A stretch of 64,000 nucleotides of DNA from Eledone cirrhosa (Eukaryota): assembly GCA_964016885.1 (NCBI GenBank), contig OZ024741.1, forward strand, positions 254,262,001 to 254,326,000, read 5' to 3'. Under the pieces are notes generated by a model. That model did no database searches and was not told the origin of the DNA. It saw only the letters and a program-made list of their open reading frames with translations. The translations under genes and the position numbers were made by a program. Of the stretch, positions 1 through 17,872 are shown piece by piece (within the stretch, counting starts at the first letter, position 1; every line of letters starts with the position of its first letter).

Positions 1-1878
1 ACAGAATGGGGTTGTTCCGAAGGACTGGCATAGCAGCATCATCGTTAACTGTTATAAGGGTAAAGGAGACGCCCTAGATAGGAGTAACTATAGAGGCATT
101 AAATTAATCGACCAGGTCATGAAGGTCACGGAAAAAGTAATAGCGCAACTAATCAGAGAGAGAATTGACCTAGATGAAATGCAGTTCGGGTTTGTGTCAG
201 GCAAAAGTACCACAGACGCTCTTTTCATAGTACGACAACTACAGGAGAAGTTCCTAGCTAAAGGTAAACCCCTCTACTTAGCTTTTGTCGACTTGGAGAA
301 AGCCTTCGACAGAGTCCCCCGCTCCATTATCTGGTGGGCTCTTAGAAAACTAGGCGTTGACGAATGGCTTGTGAGGGCTATACAAGCCATGTATAAAGAA
401 ACAGTCAGCAAGGTTAGAATTAACAACGAATATAGTGAAGAGTTTAGCGTAAAAGTTGGCGTCCATCAGGGCTCTGTTCTCAGCCCCCTACTATTTATTA
501 TTGCCCTTCAGGCTATAACAGAGGAGTTCAGGACAGGCTGCCCATGGGAACTCCTATACGCAGACGACCTGACACTCATAGCGGAATCAATGGCCGAGCT
601 AGAGAAGAAATTCCAAACATGGAAGCACGGCCTAGAGTCAAAAGGACTTAAAATTAACCTGGCTAAGACCAAAGTTCTAGTTTGTAGGAAAGAAAACAAG
701 GTGGCGGTCCCTTCTGGGAAATGGTCGTGCTCGGTGTGTAGGAAAGGCGTAGGTAGAAACTCCATTTTATGTCCTAAATGCAAAGTATGGGTGCATAAAA
801 GATGTAGTGGGATCACAGGTAAGCTAACTAAGAACATAGATTTTACATGTGGCCGGTGTTCTGGTGCAATAAGTAGCAGCAAGTGCCCACTAAATACTAG
901 CTCTTTCAATTGCGCAGAGGGTTCTATAGAAATAGTGGACAGCTTCCGTTACCCTGGGCGATAAAATCAGCAGTGGGGGAGGGTGCTCTGAAAGTACTGT
1001 AGCTAGAGTCAGAACTGGTTGGAAAAAGTTCAGAGAGCTTATACCACTATTAGCTGCTAAAGGGTTCTCCCTAAAAATGAAAGGCAGGTTGTACGATGCC
1101 TGCATACGAACAGCAATGTTGCATGGCAGTGAGACCTGGGCATTGTGTGCAGAGGATATACGCAGACTAGAGAGGAACGAAGCTTGCATGCTCCGCTGGA
1201 TGTGTAACAGTAATATAGGTGAACGGCAAAGCATAAACGAACTAAGGAAAAAATTAGAGATAAGAGGGATCAGATGTTGTTTACTCGAGAGAAGGCTACG
1301 TTGGTATGGACACGTGCTGCGCATGAAAGTCGATAGCTGTATAACAAAGTGCAGGGCAATAAAGATAGACGGTAGCCACGGAATAGGCAGACCTAGAAAA
1401 ACCTGGGATGAGCTGATAAACTCCGACCTCACACACTTACACCTCTCCAAGACAATGTCACTGGACCGAGACCTTTGGCGGTACTCAGTAACAGAGAAGA
1501 CCCGCCTTGCCAGTAGGCATCTCTAACAAAATACACCCCGTCCCGCCACCACCCCCACCCCATCCACACCACCCCGATCTATGTAAAGTTATGTTGGTGC
1601 CGCGCCATCCAGGCCGAAACAAATGAGATCGTGTAGGTGTCACGACAAAAAAACACACAGTCAACGCTGTAATGTGGCCGTGTAGGCAACACGGTAAAAA
1701 CCTCCCAGACCCACACTGTAAATGTGGTTGGTGTTAGGAAGGGCATCCAACTGTAGAAAACCTGCCAGACAGTCCTATGCGAGCAAGACAATCACTCTTG
1801 CCTCAAGTGGGACTACCCCCGTCCAAACCCATGCAAGCGTGGAACACGGACGTTAAACGTTGATGATGATGATGATGA
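1..1878 (+). mobile_element. RTE-clade non-LTR retrotransposon, family A; 3' half (cut by window start), frameshifted
   Basis: RT motifs QFGF, AFVDLEKAFD, GVHQGSVLSPLLF, LYADDL in ORF 119-964; C-terminal RRLRWYGHV and GRPRKTW in 1077-1526; +1 frameshift near 952 relative to the copy at 22912-26419; ~350-bp 3' UTR ending in (TGA)n at ~1861-1878. Confidence 0.93.
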
Positions 1879-1890
1879 TATATATATATG

Positions 1891-1921
<31 letters not shown>

Positions 1922-2020
1922 GTATATATATATATGTATATATATATATATGTATATATATATATGTATATATATATATGTATATATATATATGTATATA
2001 TATATATGTATATATATATG

Positions 2021-2077
<57 letters not shown>

Positions 2078-2552
2078 GTATATATATATGTATATATATA
2101 TATGTATATATATGTATATATATATGTATATATATATATATGTATATATATATGTATATATATATATGTATATATATGTATATATATATGTATATATATA
2201 TGTATATATATATATGTATATATATATGTATATGTATATATGTATATATATATGTATATATATATGTATATATATATATGTATATATATATGTATATGTA
2301 TATATGTATATATATATGTATATATATATGTATATATATATATGTATATATATAGGTATATATATATATGTATATATATATATGTATATATATAGGTATA
2401 TATATATATATGTATATATATATGTATATATATATATATATGTGTGTATGTATATATATATATATATGTGTGTATATATATATATATGTATATATATATG
2501 TGTGTGGATATACATATATGTATATATATATATGTGTGGATATACATATATG

Positions 2553-2607
<55 letters not shown>

Positions 2608-2620
2608 GTATATATATATG

Positions 2621-2701
<81 letters not shown>

Positions 2702-2706
2702 GTGTG

Positions 2707-2737
<31 letters not shown>

Positions 2738-2773
2738 GTGTGTATATATTTATATGTATATATATATATATAT
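1879..2773. repeat. (TA)n microsatellite array interrupted by TG
   Basis: Direct reading; source of the YI/IY ORFs. Confidence 0.97.
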
Positions 2774-2774
2774 C

Positions 2775-2829
2775 TGTTAGAACACGAAAAGTGTGAACCA
2801 ACAGAATGTTCACTTTTCGTGTTCTAACA
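2775..2829. repeat. Short inverted repeat (hairpin) at the edge of the TA array
   Basis: tgttagaacacgaaaagtg ... cacttttcgtgttctaaca. Confidence 0.85.
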
Positions 2830-3771
2830 TATATGCCTAGCTTCTCTAAAAATTTTTCGGGGATAGCCGTGGTGGTGATCGTATGTCATTGGCTAATTTT
2901 CAACCAATCAGAGTACCTCTCTCTATATCTCTTCCACTGTTACTTACGCCTGTTTCTCTCTATCTGTTCCGTTTCTATTTATATCTCTTACTCTTTCGCT
3001 TTGCACTCCTCCCCTTCAATACCCTCTCTCCCCCTCTCTATATATTTGTTACTCTATCGCTGCACGCTCCTCTCCTTCAATATATCAATTACACACGCTT
3101 TACACTCCTTTATCCCCAGCGCCCCTATATATACACCCCCCCCCTCTCCCGCATCTATATTTTAATGTACCGTTGCACCGTGAATATATGTGTCTATATA
3201 TATATATATACATATATATTGTATATACACATTCATGTATGTGTATACACACTCATGTATGTATATACACTGGTTTTATGTGTGTATTGTAAATTTGTAC
3301 TGTTAAAACACGAAACTAACATTCGATTGACACTTTGATTACCTGTACAGGCAATAGTTATTAGAATGCTGTTGAAGTGTGTATATATTTTTGGGGGGAC
3401 ATCCTGTATATACACACATTATATATAATACAATAAACAGATAAATACACACATATATATATGAGCTTATTTAATTATAAATATTGTGAATTTTTAACTC
3501 AGTTCAATTATATATATAAATGGCTTCTACAGGACTAGAACTGTTTCATTCGAAAGAAATCATCATAATATTGAGAGGGGGGACTAGATAAAATATTTCA
3601 AATCAAATGTGTATAAGTTATAAGTTAAAATGTATAAATAGAGACGATAGTGGAGGTATATCTGTTTAGTGGAACAGTAGACGATAGAATTAAATACAGA
3701 CGAGAATCTCCCTTTAATGAAACAGCAGACGATAGAATTAAGGCAATTTAAATTTTAAGCATTTGCATTTT

Positions 3772-3825
3772 TGCCTTTCATCGTTACGGGGTCGATAAAA
3801 TAAAGTACCAGTAATACACTGTCAC
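3772..3825 (+). mobile_element. SINE body fragment
   Basis: tgcctttcatc..ggtcgataaaataaagtaccagtaat matches the SINEs at 4731-5108. Confidence 0.65.
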
Positions 3826-4180
3826 TAGACGACTTTCAAATTGAATTGTTGGTTCCATTTCTTTAGTATTTTCAATTGTAGTTATCTACTTAAAAAGCGT
3901 TACACGGTTAGAGACATAATTCGTAAGTTATATCTTCCCTATTAAACCATTGCATTATTTCGCCTACAATAGAACAAAAATGAAATGTTCTTTAAAGAAA
4001 CAGGAATATAACTTTATAAAAAAAAAAGTTGCATCCGCTTCTTTTATCATTGATAATTTTTTCGTTTTAATATTAATTGTTTTTTGTAGTTGTTTATATT
4101 AAAAATCTTACTGTAATATTTACTTAAACGAAGGCAGACATCCAAACTTATAGATTAATCTTGAGCGAAGGACTAGATAA

Positions 4181-4182
<2 letters not shown>

Positions 4183-4242
<60 letters not shown>
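4183..4242. repeat. Compound (CT)n(AT)n microsatellite
   Basis: Direct reading. Confidence 0.9.
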
Positions 4243-4243
<1 letters not shown>

Positions 4244-4730
4244 AACGAAGAATGATAACATTTCAAGCAAAGAGTTTAATTAGGTAATGACTTACAAATT
4301 TGTTTCAGTATATAGACAAAGCCTGAAGCGCTAATTATAATAATTAGTTAATAATATTACAAAATATATTAATATTATATTAAATATATACTGAAACCAA
4401 TCAGTTTAGCAGAAAGTTTCCAGCCAAGAAACACGCATATTTTGCTATCCTCAAACACGTTTACACATGGCATGAAATATAACTAATCCGAGATGGCTAG
4501 GTTTCATCTTCTAACTGGATATACGAAATCCATTATGTCTTGACAACAACATGAGGTAACATTATGTTATTCACAGACACACTTTGTACACTGTTCCATA
4601 TCAGAATGTATTTCCTTCGTCACATTCACAAACAGTATTGAAAATATGTTCTTCGGCAAATAAAAATGTTTTGTTCATAATATTTCAACTAGCGATTGCT
4701 CTACTCCACGCACGACCACCATAAATTAAT

Positions 4731-4917
4731 TGTTTCTACTTTAGGCACAAGGCCAGCAATTACCCAGTACATTACTGGTACTTTATTTTATCGACCCTCG
4801 TAAGGATGAAAGGCAAAGTAAACCTCGGCGGGATTTGAACTCAGACCGTAAAGGGACGTAACTCTGCTGGAAAGCATGGCGTCCGACTCTCTACCGATAC
4901 TGCCAATCCACCACCCT
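4731..4917 (-). mobile_element. tRNA-derived SINE
   Basis: Minus strand has A-box-like TGGCAGTATCGG and B-box GAGTTCAAATCC, then the gtcgataaaataaagtaccagt body and a tagaaaca end. Confidence 0.8.
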
Positions 4918-4934
4918 AAATTAATGACCAGCTC

Positions 4935-5108
4935 AACACAAGTATTGGTAGAGCGTCAGACACCATGCTTTGCAGTATTGTTATGGTCCTTTGCATTCTA
5001 AGTTCAAATCCTGCCGAGGTTAACTTCGACTTTCATACTTACTAATTCGATAAAATAAAGTACCAGTAATGGACTGCCGTAATGGATTTGTGCCGAAAAA
5101 TAGAAACA
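4935..5108 (+). mobile_element. tRNA-derived SINE, diverged member of the same superfamily, head-to-head with the previous one
   Basis: B-box aagttcaaatcc followed by gccgaggt, tcgataaaataaagtaccagtaat and tagaaaca. Confidence 0.75.
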
Positions 5109-5664
5109 CTATTAATGTGCAATAAGAGCAAAATATAACGACATTGCTCAATTATTTTATCTAATGTTGTAATAACACAAGGAAATGTTGTTTGTGTATT
5201 TTTTTTTATATTTGCTCATAGGCTTTTACAATTTCGCTCAGCCAACAACTATTAAAAAGTGAGTTGCTTAAGATAACAATTTAATCACAAATTGTTGCTA
5301 TCTTTTAATACACTCCAACAAGTCATCAAATTATGTACAATAAAAACAAATCTTATTAATTTGCTCAGGGAATATAAAGAAAATGTATATACACTGATAA
5401 TTGCAATTGTATGTAAATATTTTGTTTTTGTATTGTATATTTTATGTTTTCTATTATGTATAATATATTGATTTAATATTGATTGTTTTTTGTAGTTGTT
5501 TATATTAAAAGTCTGAAAATATTTTTATACATCTTACACTAATATTTATAAGATAATTTATAATAACAATTACATAATCTAATTACATTACAACGATAAT
5601 TTATTATTAATATATATCCTGTTTAACTAGAGTTATTACAAGCGTTGCCTTAAAAAAATATTAA

Positions 5665-6621
5665 ACTAGACATGAAAAATGCGCAAGCTCAAAAGTGCCA
5701 CAGAATGTTATAATAAACCTTCAAAAGTGTGGGACTAGAGTTGTTGCTAAAAAATATTGTAATCATTATATATCGTACATTCTGTGGCATCCTTTATAAA
5801 AATAGCTTAAACCAACGAAGCCTTTATTTTTACGCTATTTCACTTAGTTAATTCTTAGAGTGTAACATATAAAAATAAATACATCTATGTTTAATGTAAT
5901 AACAGCTATAAATAATTACGTAATATTATTATCATATACTCATAGTAACAAAATAATTGTGTTGAAACTTAATATGATGCTTATATGAACGATCAAATCT
6001 ATAATGATAATTTCTTAAATATACTAATAGTAAACTAATTTAGTTATCTATTGTTACATTTTCATAGAACTATAATATTAACAATCGTATTGCATTATCA
6101 AATTTTTATCACTACAAACTTTCATATTGGAATTACCTTAAGCCACTTATTATTACTTCGCTTTCGTACTTTTACAGCTGTAGATATTGCGCTGTATCTT
6201 ATATCTAACATCAATATCTCGTGGTAATTTGCATGAAGTGTAAAATAGGTTTATTAATAACTTTAATATGAAATGTATTATACAGGGCTGCGGAGTCGGC
6301 CAAAAATTGACTGGCTCCAACTCAGGATCCGATACTCCATTATTTCCTAAATTTCAGCTCCGCAGCTCTGTTATTATATTAATTAATTTATTTTATAGTT
6401 GTAAATCATATTTTTATATGTTACACTCTAAGAATTAACTAAGTGAAATAGCGTAAAAATAAAGGCTTCGTTGGTTTAAGCTATTTTTATAAAGGATGCC
6501 ACAGAATGTACGATATATAATGATTACAATATTTTTTAGCAACAACTCTAGTCCCACACTTTTGAAGGTTTATTATAACATTCTGTGGCACTTTTGAGCT
6601 TGCGCATTTTTCATGTCTAGT
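5665..6621. repeat. 213-bp inverted repeat (arms 5665-5877 and 6409-6621; 531-bp spacer)
   Basis: Arms read as exact reverse complements by eye; right arm ends against a TA run. Confidence 0.92.
6283..6370. mobile_element. 88-bp hAT-like MITE
   Basis: TIRs cagggctgcggag / ctccgcagctctg (1 mismatch); 8-bp TSD gtattata (6275-6282) / ttattata (6371-6378), 7/8 match; an 8-bp TSD with CAG termini is typical of hAT. Confidence 0.7.
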
Positions 6622-6640
6622 ATATATATGTTTGTGTATA

Positions 6641-6701
6641 CAAACCCATGCAAGCGTGGAACACGGACGTTAAACGTTGATGATGATGATGATGATGATG
6701 A
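6641..6701 (+). mobile_element. Extreme 3' tip of RTE family A
   Basis: caaacccatgcaagcgtggaacacggacgttaaacgt(tga)n is identical to 1824-1878. Confidence 0.9.
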
Positions 6702-6781
6702 TATATATATATATAAATGAAGTAATTCCATCGGAAAAGTCCAGGAAAAAAGAGTGCTCTATGTAGACAACAGAGCTTAAT

Positions 6782-7739
6782 TATTATTATTATGTGATAA
6801 ACAACATAAGGCAATTATTCCATTTACCAGTGGTTTCTTAAAAGCAAAAGGTTTAATTTGTATACGTGTTTAATTTGTATACGTGTGCGTGTTTGTGTAT
6901 GTATGTGTATGTATGTGTTTTTGTATTTGTTTATGTATATTTATGTATGAGAGTGTGTGTATGTGTTTACTATTTTGTACGTATGTATACGTGCTTTTGT
7001 GTGTATTACTTACCACGCGTGTCTGTCCTGTTAGCTGGGTCATGTATCGGTGTCAAAAATTTTTAAAATATATATATATATATATTTTTTTCTTATATTT
7101 ATTTGCGTGCGTGAATATGTAGAGGAGTGCATTCATGTATGTGTATGTATGTACGTTTTGTATGTTTGTGTGAATGTATGTATGTGTATATATATGTGTG
7201 TGTGTATGGCTATATTTGTGTATGTGTATGCTTGTACACACACGTGTGTGTATGTGTGTGTATGTGTATGTGTGTATATGTATATATATGTATATATATA
7301 TATATATATGTACATATATATATGTGTGTGTGTATGCGTGTGTGTGTGTGTGTGTGCGTGCGTGTATATGTATTAATGTATGTATGTGTATATGTGTGTG
7401 TGTATGTGTATGTGAGTGTACGTTTTATATATATGTGTATATGTATATATGTATGCGTACATAAATATATGTATATATGTATGTGTGTGTAAGTATGCTT
7501 TTGGGTTTTTTTGTGTGTGTGTGTTTGCATGCGTAGTTTTATTTTATTTTATTTTTCCTTTCCTTCTCCCTTCTCCAGCCTCACTTTCATATAGATTGCA
7601 TTTTTGTTTTTGTAATCCAAATTCAATAAACAAACCAGAATTTTTTCGTTCTGAGGATTGAAAGCAAAACCTTTTGCTTTTAAGAAACCACTGGTAAATG
7701 GAATAATTGCCTTATGTTGTTTATCACATAATAATAATA
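6782..7739. repeat. 73-bp inverted repeat (arms 6782-6854 and 7667-7739) around a TG/TA low-complexity tract
   Basis: Arms are exact reverse complements; right arm ends in (TA)n. Confidence 0.9.
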
Positions 7740-7882
7740 TATATATATATATGCAAAAGTTTTATTTAAAATTGTTGGGATACAACAAGTAAATATTTTA
7801 TAACTGATATAAGGTACTCGACAAGTTTTTGGAGTAGATATACGATATTAATAAATGGAAACTATATTTATAAAACCATATT

Positions 7883-7947
7883 TATTTCATTATACATATT
7901 TCAGGGATACCAAATTAAAATATGGTATGCCTTCATCAGACAAAATA
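7883..7947 (-). ncRNA. Type I hammerhead ribozyme motif
   Basis: Minus strand: tattttgt-CTGATGA-aggcatacca[loop]tggtatccct-GAAA-tatgta-TA-atgaaata; stem I 8 bp (2 GU), stem II 9/10 bp, short quasi-palindromic stem III. Confidence 0.75.
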
Positions 7948-9367
7948 CAATATATAAACAGTTTTATAAATAATTTTGACGTACCCTATTAAATGCATCC
8001 ATTATTTTTGGAAGCTGTCTGGATAGTGAAATGTTTATATTATTTTATTAGTTATAGTGTTAAGCACAATTAGAAAAAGACGGAGAGAGAGAAGGAGAGA
8101 GAAAGAAGGAGAGAGAGAAAAAGAAAACCTGGAGAAATATCGGAGAGAGAAATGTATGTAGAAAAGAAAGAGATAAATAGATAGGAGGAAATAAAAAAGA
8201 AAGAAAAAAGGAAGAAATAAGAAAAACAAAGGAAAGCAACAGAGAGATAATAAGTCATCATACAGATAGAAAAACTCAAGAAAGAGAAAAAAGAGAGAGG
8301 GGGAGATAGTGACAACTTTACGTCATGTCATTAAGTTGAGTTAACAATTTATATGAAATGAATAATAAAAATATAAATATCAATATTCATGAATGGGACA
8401 TAGATATATAATATGAGAAAATAACATTGTTCAATAAGGACCATATGTTTAGTTTAAAAACTTGAGATCAATATACCAAAATCTGAGTTAATTCCTTCAA
8501 AAAGTACCCTATCTATAAAAATCAGGATACAAATATGTATATATATATATACACACATATGTACGTCCCGAAAATAGAAATTATGTCTACTCAAGCCAAT
8601 AATATAGACACACAAGGCGCAAATGATTTCACTTGATCACTGCTATACACTTGTGTTAGAAAAAGTTCACAGTATATATACATAAATATACGATTAATAT
8701 TCATGTCCTCATATATACGATTACCGTTCATGTATTTAATATTATGCATATCTGCAACATACATCACATATACACACACACATATATACACATACATATG
8801 TATAAATAAATATCTGCGTGAGTCTTCCAGCATCGTTCATGTATATATACAGACATATATACAAACACATAAATAGACCCTATAACACTTTTATATGCAT
8901 GTCAATACACACAAATGGCATTTGTATAGAGATAATCAAACATCAATATATTAATATAGAAATATCAAAGCATTAAATATCTTTAAAACACTATAGAGTA
9001 TCTCAAGTTAAAATAATATGTTTTATATATTTAGTATAGAAATTTATCCTACCTATATCTCAATCAAGATATTGAAAGGGTAGACATATGAAAGTTATTA
9101 GAAGCTATCAGAGTTAAAACAAATTAAAAAAATAAAAATAATTTAAAAGATTTAGAAGACCCAGTGATTCTACGGATAACCTTATATTTAGTATAGAAAT
9201 TTATCTTACGTATATTTTATTTAATACATTGGGATCATATACATTTTAGAGTAGTTTATTATATCCTTGTTTATATTTAGGAAGAAAGTTTAAAATGAAA
9301 AAGGTGAAGGAATCTAATGATTTATCGACAGGTTTCATATATTAACTAAATTTCTTAATTAATTATA

Positions 9368-9688
9368 CTACATTTTAAATTTATATTTAAACGTTGAGTT
9401 CAATCTATGTCTGCAGCAACTGAATAAATTGCTCCTTAAATTAAGGGAATTTTTGGACTTAAATATAAAGAATATTTCTTCTATACAAAGATCACAATGT
9501 TCTGAAGAGGAATTAAAAGGGGTACCTTTTGAGACAATATTCCAAAGCATTGAATATTTAATATTATCTCATTTAAGGTGCCAGAGAAGGCTAGATAGCG
9601 AAGTTGAAGATTTTTCGTTTGGATCTGTGAAATAATTCTTATGATTATTGAAGCGAAGTTTAAATTCTTTCGAGGTGGAACCAACATA
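9368..9688 (-). pseudogene. Penelope-type GIY-YIG endonuclease C-terminal remnant
   Basis: [61 protein letters not shown] in one frame, with one nonsense codon at 9569-9571; Y(I/V)G-T, R-x2-H, CxLC and CRH motifs are typical of PLE endonucleases. Confidence 0.85.
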
Positions 9689-9763
9689 GTTGAAAGAATT
9701 TAAATTAGTTTTAACATTAGTTTTAACAGAAGAATTTAAATTAGTTTTAACATTAGTTTTAAC

Positions 9764-13368
<3,605 letters not shown>

Positions 13369-15125
13369 GCTGTTTTCAGCAATCCTGATATGGCCGATCT
13401 GGGCTGTATCGGCGATGTTACTCCCCATTACACCTTATCGGACATAACGTTTGGCGCCCCTGATGTCTTGGCGGCAATAAAGGAAATCAAGCATAATTCA
13501 GCAGTAGGTCCCGATAGGTTCCCTGCTTGTGTCTTGAAGGCGTGTCAACACCAACTTGCATCTCCTCTTGCCAATCTGTGGCGGAACTCACTGGATGCTG
13601 GATATGTGCCAGAAAACCTTCTATCCCAGTCTGTTGTCCCAGTTTTCAAAAAGGGAAACAAATCCCTTGCCGTGAATTACCGTCCAATCTCACTCACCTC
13701 TCATATCATTAAGGTATTTGAGCGAGTGGTGAGATCGCGATTGACCCACTTCCTTGAGAGTAACAATATGCTGAACTCCAACCAGCATGGATTCCGTAAT
13801 GGAAGGGATTGCCTGACGCAGCTACTGCATCACTTTGATGACATTTTGAGAGCCTTGGAGAGGGTTCCAACACTGATGTTATCTACCTTGATTTCAGCAA
13901 GGCCTTTGACAGGGTTGATCATAACATTCTACTGAGAAAGCTGTCCAATATTGGTGTCACTGGAAAGCTGCTGCAGTGGATCAAGAGCTTCCTGTCAAAC
14001 AGAACCCAACATGTTGTAGTTGAGGGAGTCAAATCAAGCCCAGCCAAAGTCAGTAGTGGGGTCCCACAAGGCACTGTGTTGGGCCCACTTCTCTTCATCA
14101 TCTATATTAATGACATCACTGACATCATCAAACACAGCAACATTAAAATTTTCGCTGATGATTCCAAGCTCCAAAAGGTCATCAATGGCGTGGATGACCG
14201 GATAAGCCTTCAGTCAGACCTACTGGCTGTTACCCAATGGGCAGAAAAGAACAACATGTTACTGAACGAAGACAAATTCGAACTGATCCACTTTGGAAAA
14301 GAGGATGCTCTGAAACTCCCGTACTCCCTTCCCTCCGGGGAAACTCTCGTGGCATCTAACAACATCAGAGACTTGGGAGTAACCGTGGACAGCAACATAA
14401 GCTGGACCACGCATATAAGCAGCAAAGTTGACATGGCCCGCAGAATGTGTTCCTGGATCCTCAGAACCTTCCAGTCGAGAGATTCCCGCACCATTATCCT
14501 TCTCTTCTCTACTTTTGCCCGACCACACCTTGAATACTGTTGTCCACTGTGGTCTCCCCACACGAAACAAAGTATCATGAAACTTGAAGCTCCTCAAAGG
14601 GCAATCACGAAAAAGATAGATGGCATGTCAGATCTTGACTACTGGGGTCGATTAGAAAACCTGAAACTTTACTCACTCCAACGTCGCCGTGAGCGTTATA
14701 TTATCTGCATGATGTGGAAAATGTTCCATCATCACTGCCCAAATGATGTTGGCATCGCCTACAAGATACACCCAAGGCTTGGGCCTCGTGCTATCCGTCC
14801 CATTCAAAAATCTAAATCGTAACTCATAACAACAATACGGCACAATTATTTCACCTCAATCGGCCCTGCTCTCTTCAACATCACACCAGGACACGTCAAA
14901 ACAGAAACTGACCACACAAAATTCAAGAAGTCTTTGAACAAATTCCTCCAAGTAATCCCGGACAAACCACCCACACCCGGATATGTCTCCGCAAACAGTA
15001 ATTCTCTTCTCGAATGGGCCATGGTGCCCAAATCCTGAATTGAAAGACTTCGCCAGGTGGTGCTATTAAGTTAGACATGGCCTGGGCCAATACTGGCCAA
15101 AACATTTCAAAGTTATTCAAAGTTA
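13369..15125 (+). mobile_element. CR1-group LINE, 5'-truncated RT region
   Basis: [55 protein letters not shown]; frameshift near 13860; stop at 14820 where the sister copy has CAA; tail (ttcaaagtta)x2. Confidence 0.9.
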
Positions 15126-16946
<1,821 letters not shown>

Positions 16947-17765
16947 ATGCTCTGAAAATCCCGTACTCCCTTCCCTCCGGGGAAACTCTCGTGGCATCTA
17001 ACAACATCAGAGACTTGGGAGTAACCGTGGACAGCAACATAAGCTGGACCACGCATATAAGCAGCAAAGTTGACATGGCCCGCAGAATGTGTTCCTGGAT
17101 CCTCAGAACCTTCCAGTCGAGAGATTCCCACACCATTATCCTTCTCTTCTCTACTTTTGCCTGACCACACCTTGAATACTGTTGTCCACTGTGGTCTCCC
17201 CACACGAAGCAAAGTATCATGAAACTTGAAGCTCCTCAAAGGGCAATCACGAAAAAGATAGATGGCATGTCAGACCTTGACTACTGGGGTCGATTAGAAA
17301 ACCTAAAACTTTACTCACTCCAATGTCGCCATGAGCGTTATATTATCTGCATGATGTGGAAAATGTTCCATCATCACTGCCCAAATGATGTTGGCATCGC
17401 CTTCAAGATACACCCAAGGCTTCGGCCCCGTGCTATCCGTCCCATTCAAAAATCTAAATCGCAACTCATAACAACAATACGGCACAATTATTTCACCTCA
17501 ATCGGCCCTGCTCTCTTCAACATCACACCAGGACACGTCAAAACAGAAACTGACCACACAAAATTCAAGAAGTCTTTGGACAAATTCCTCCAAGTAATTC
17601 CGGACAAACCACCCACACCCGGATATGTCTCCACAAACAGTAATTCTCTTCTCGAATGGGCCATGGTGCCCAAATCTAATTGAAAGACTTCGCCAGGTGG
17701 TGCTATTAAGTTAGACATGGCCTGGGCCAATACTGGCCAAAACATTTCAAAGTTATTCAAAGTTA
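16947..17765 (+). mobile_element. Second, shorter copy of the same CR1-group LINE
   Basis: Near-identical to 14305-15125, with the same 3' tail; private stop at 17162. Confidence 0.92.
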
Positions 17766-17807
17766 TATGTATATATATATATATATATATGTACATATAT
17801 ATATGTA

Positions 17808-17859
<52 letters not shown>

Positions 17860-17872
17860 TATATATATATAT

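Larger units (their letters stand above)
7753..9763 (-). mobile_element. 5'-truncated Penelope-like element (GIY-YIG remnant, long 3' region, hammerhead-bearing pLTR)
   Basis: EN remnant 9371-9688 and hammerhead 7883-7947 on the same strand; both ends abut (TA)n; continuity of the intervening DNA is inferred. Confidence 0.65.

Noticed and set aside
508-1450. Antisense ORFs over RTE/CR1 coding regions
   Set aside because: Shadow frames of the retroelement ORFs
4067-5515. ~45-bp direct repeat (~4067-4110 and ~5472-5510) as LTRs
   Set aside because: Short, AT-rich, no TG..CA termini or internal coding; likely fragments of an old repeat
14156-14162. CTGATGA here and at ~29319
   Set aside because: They encode the RT FADD/YADD motif; no hammerhead stems or GAAA-UH arrangement
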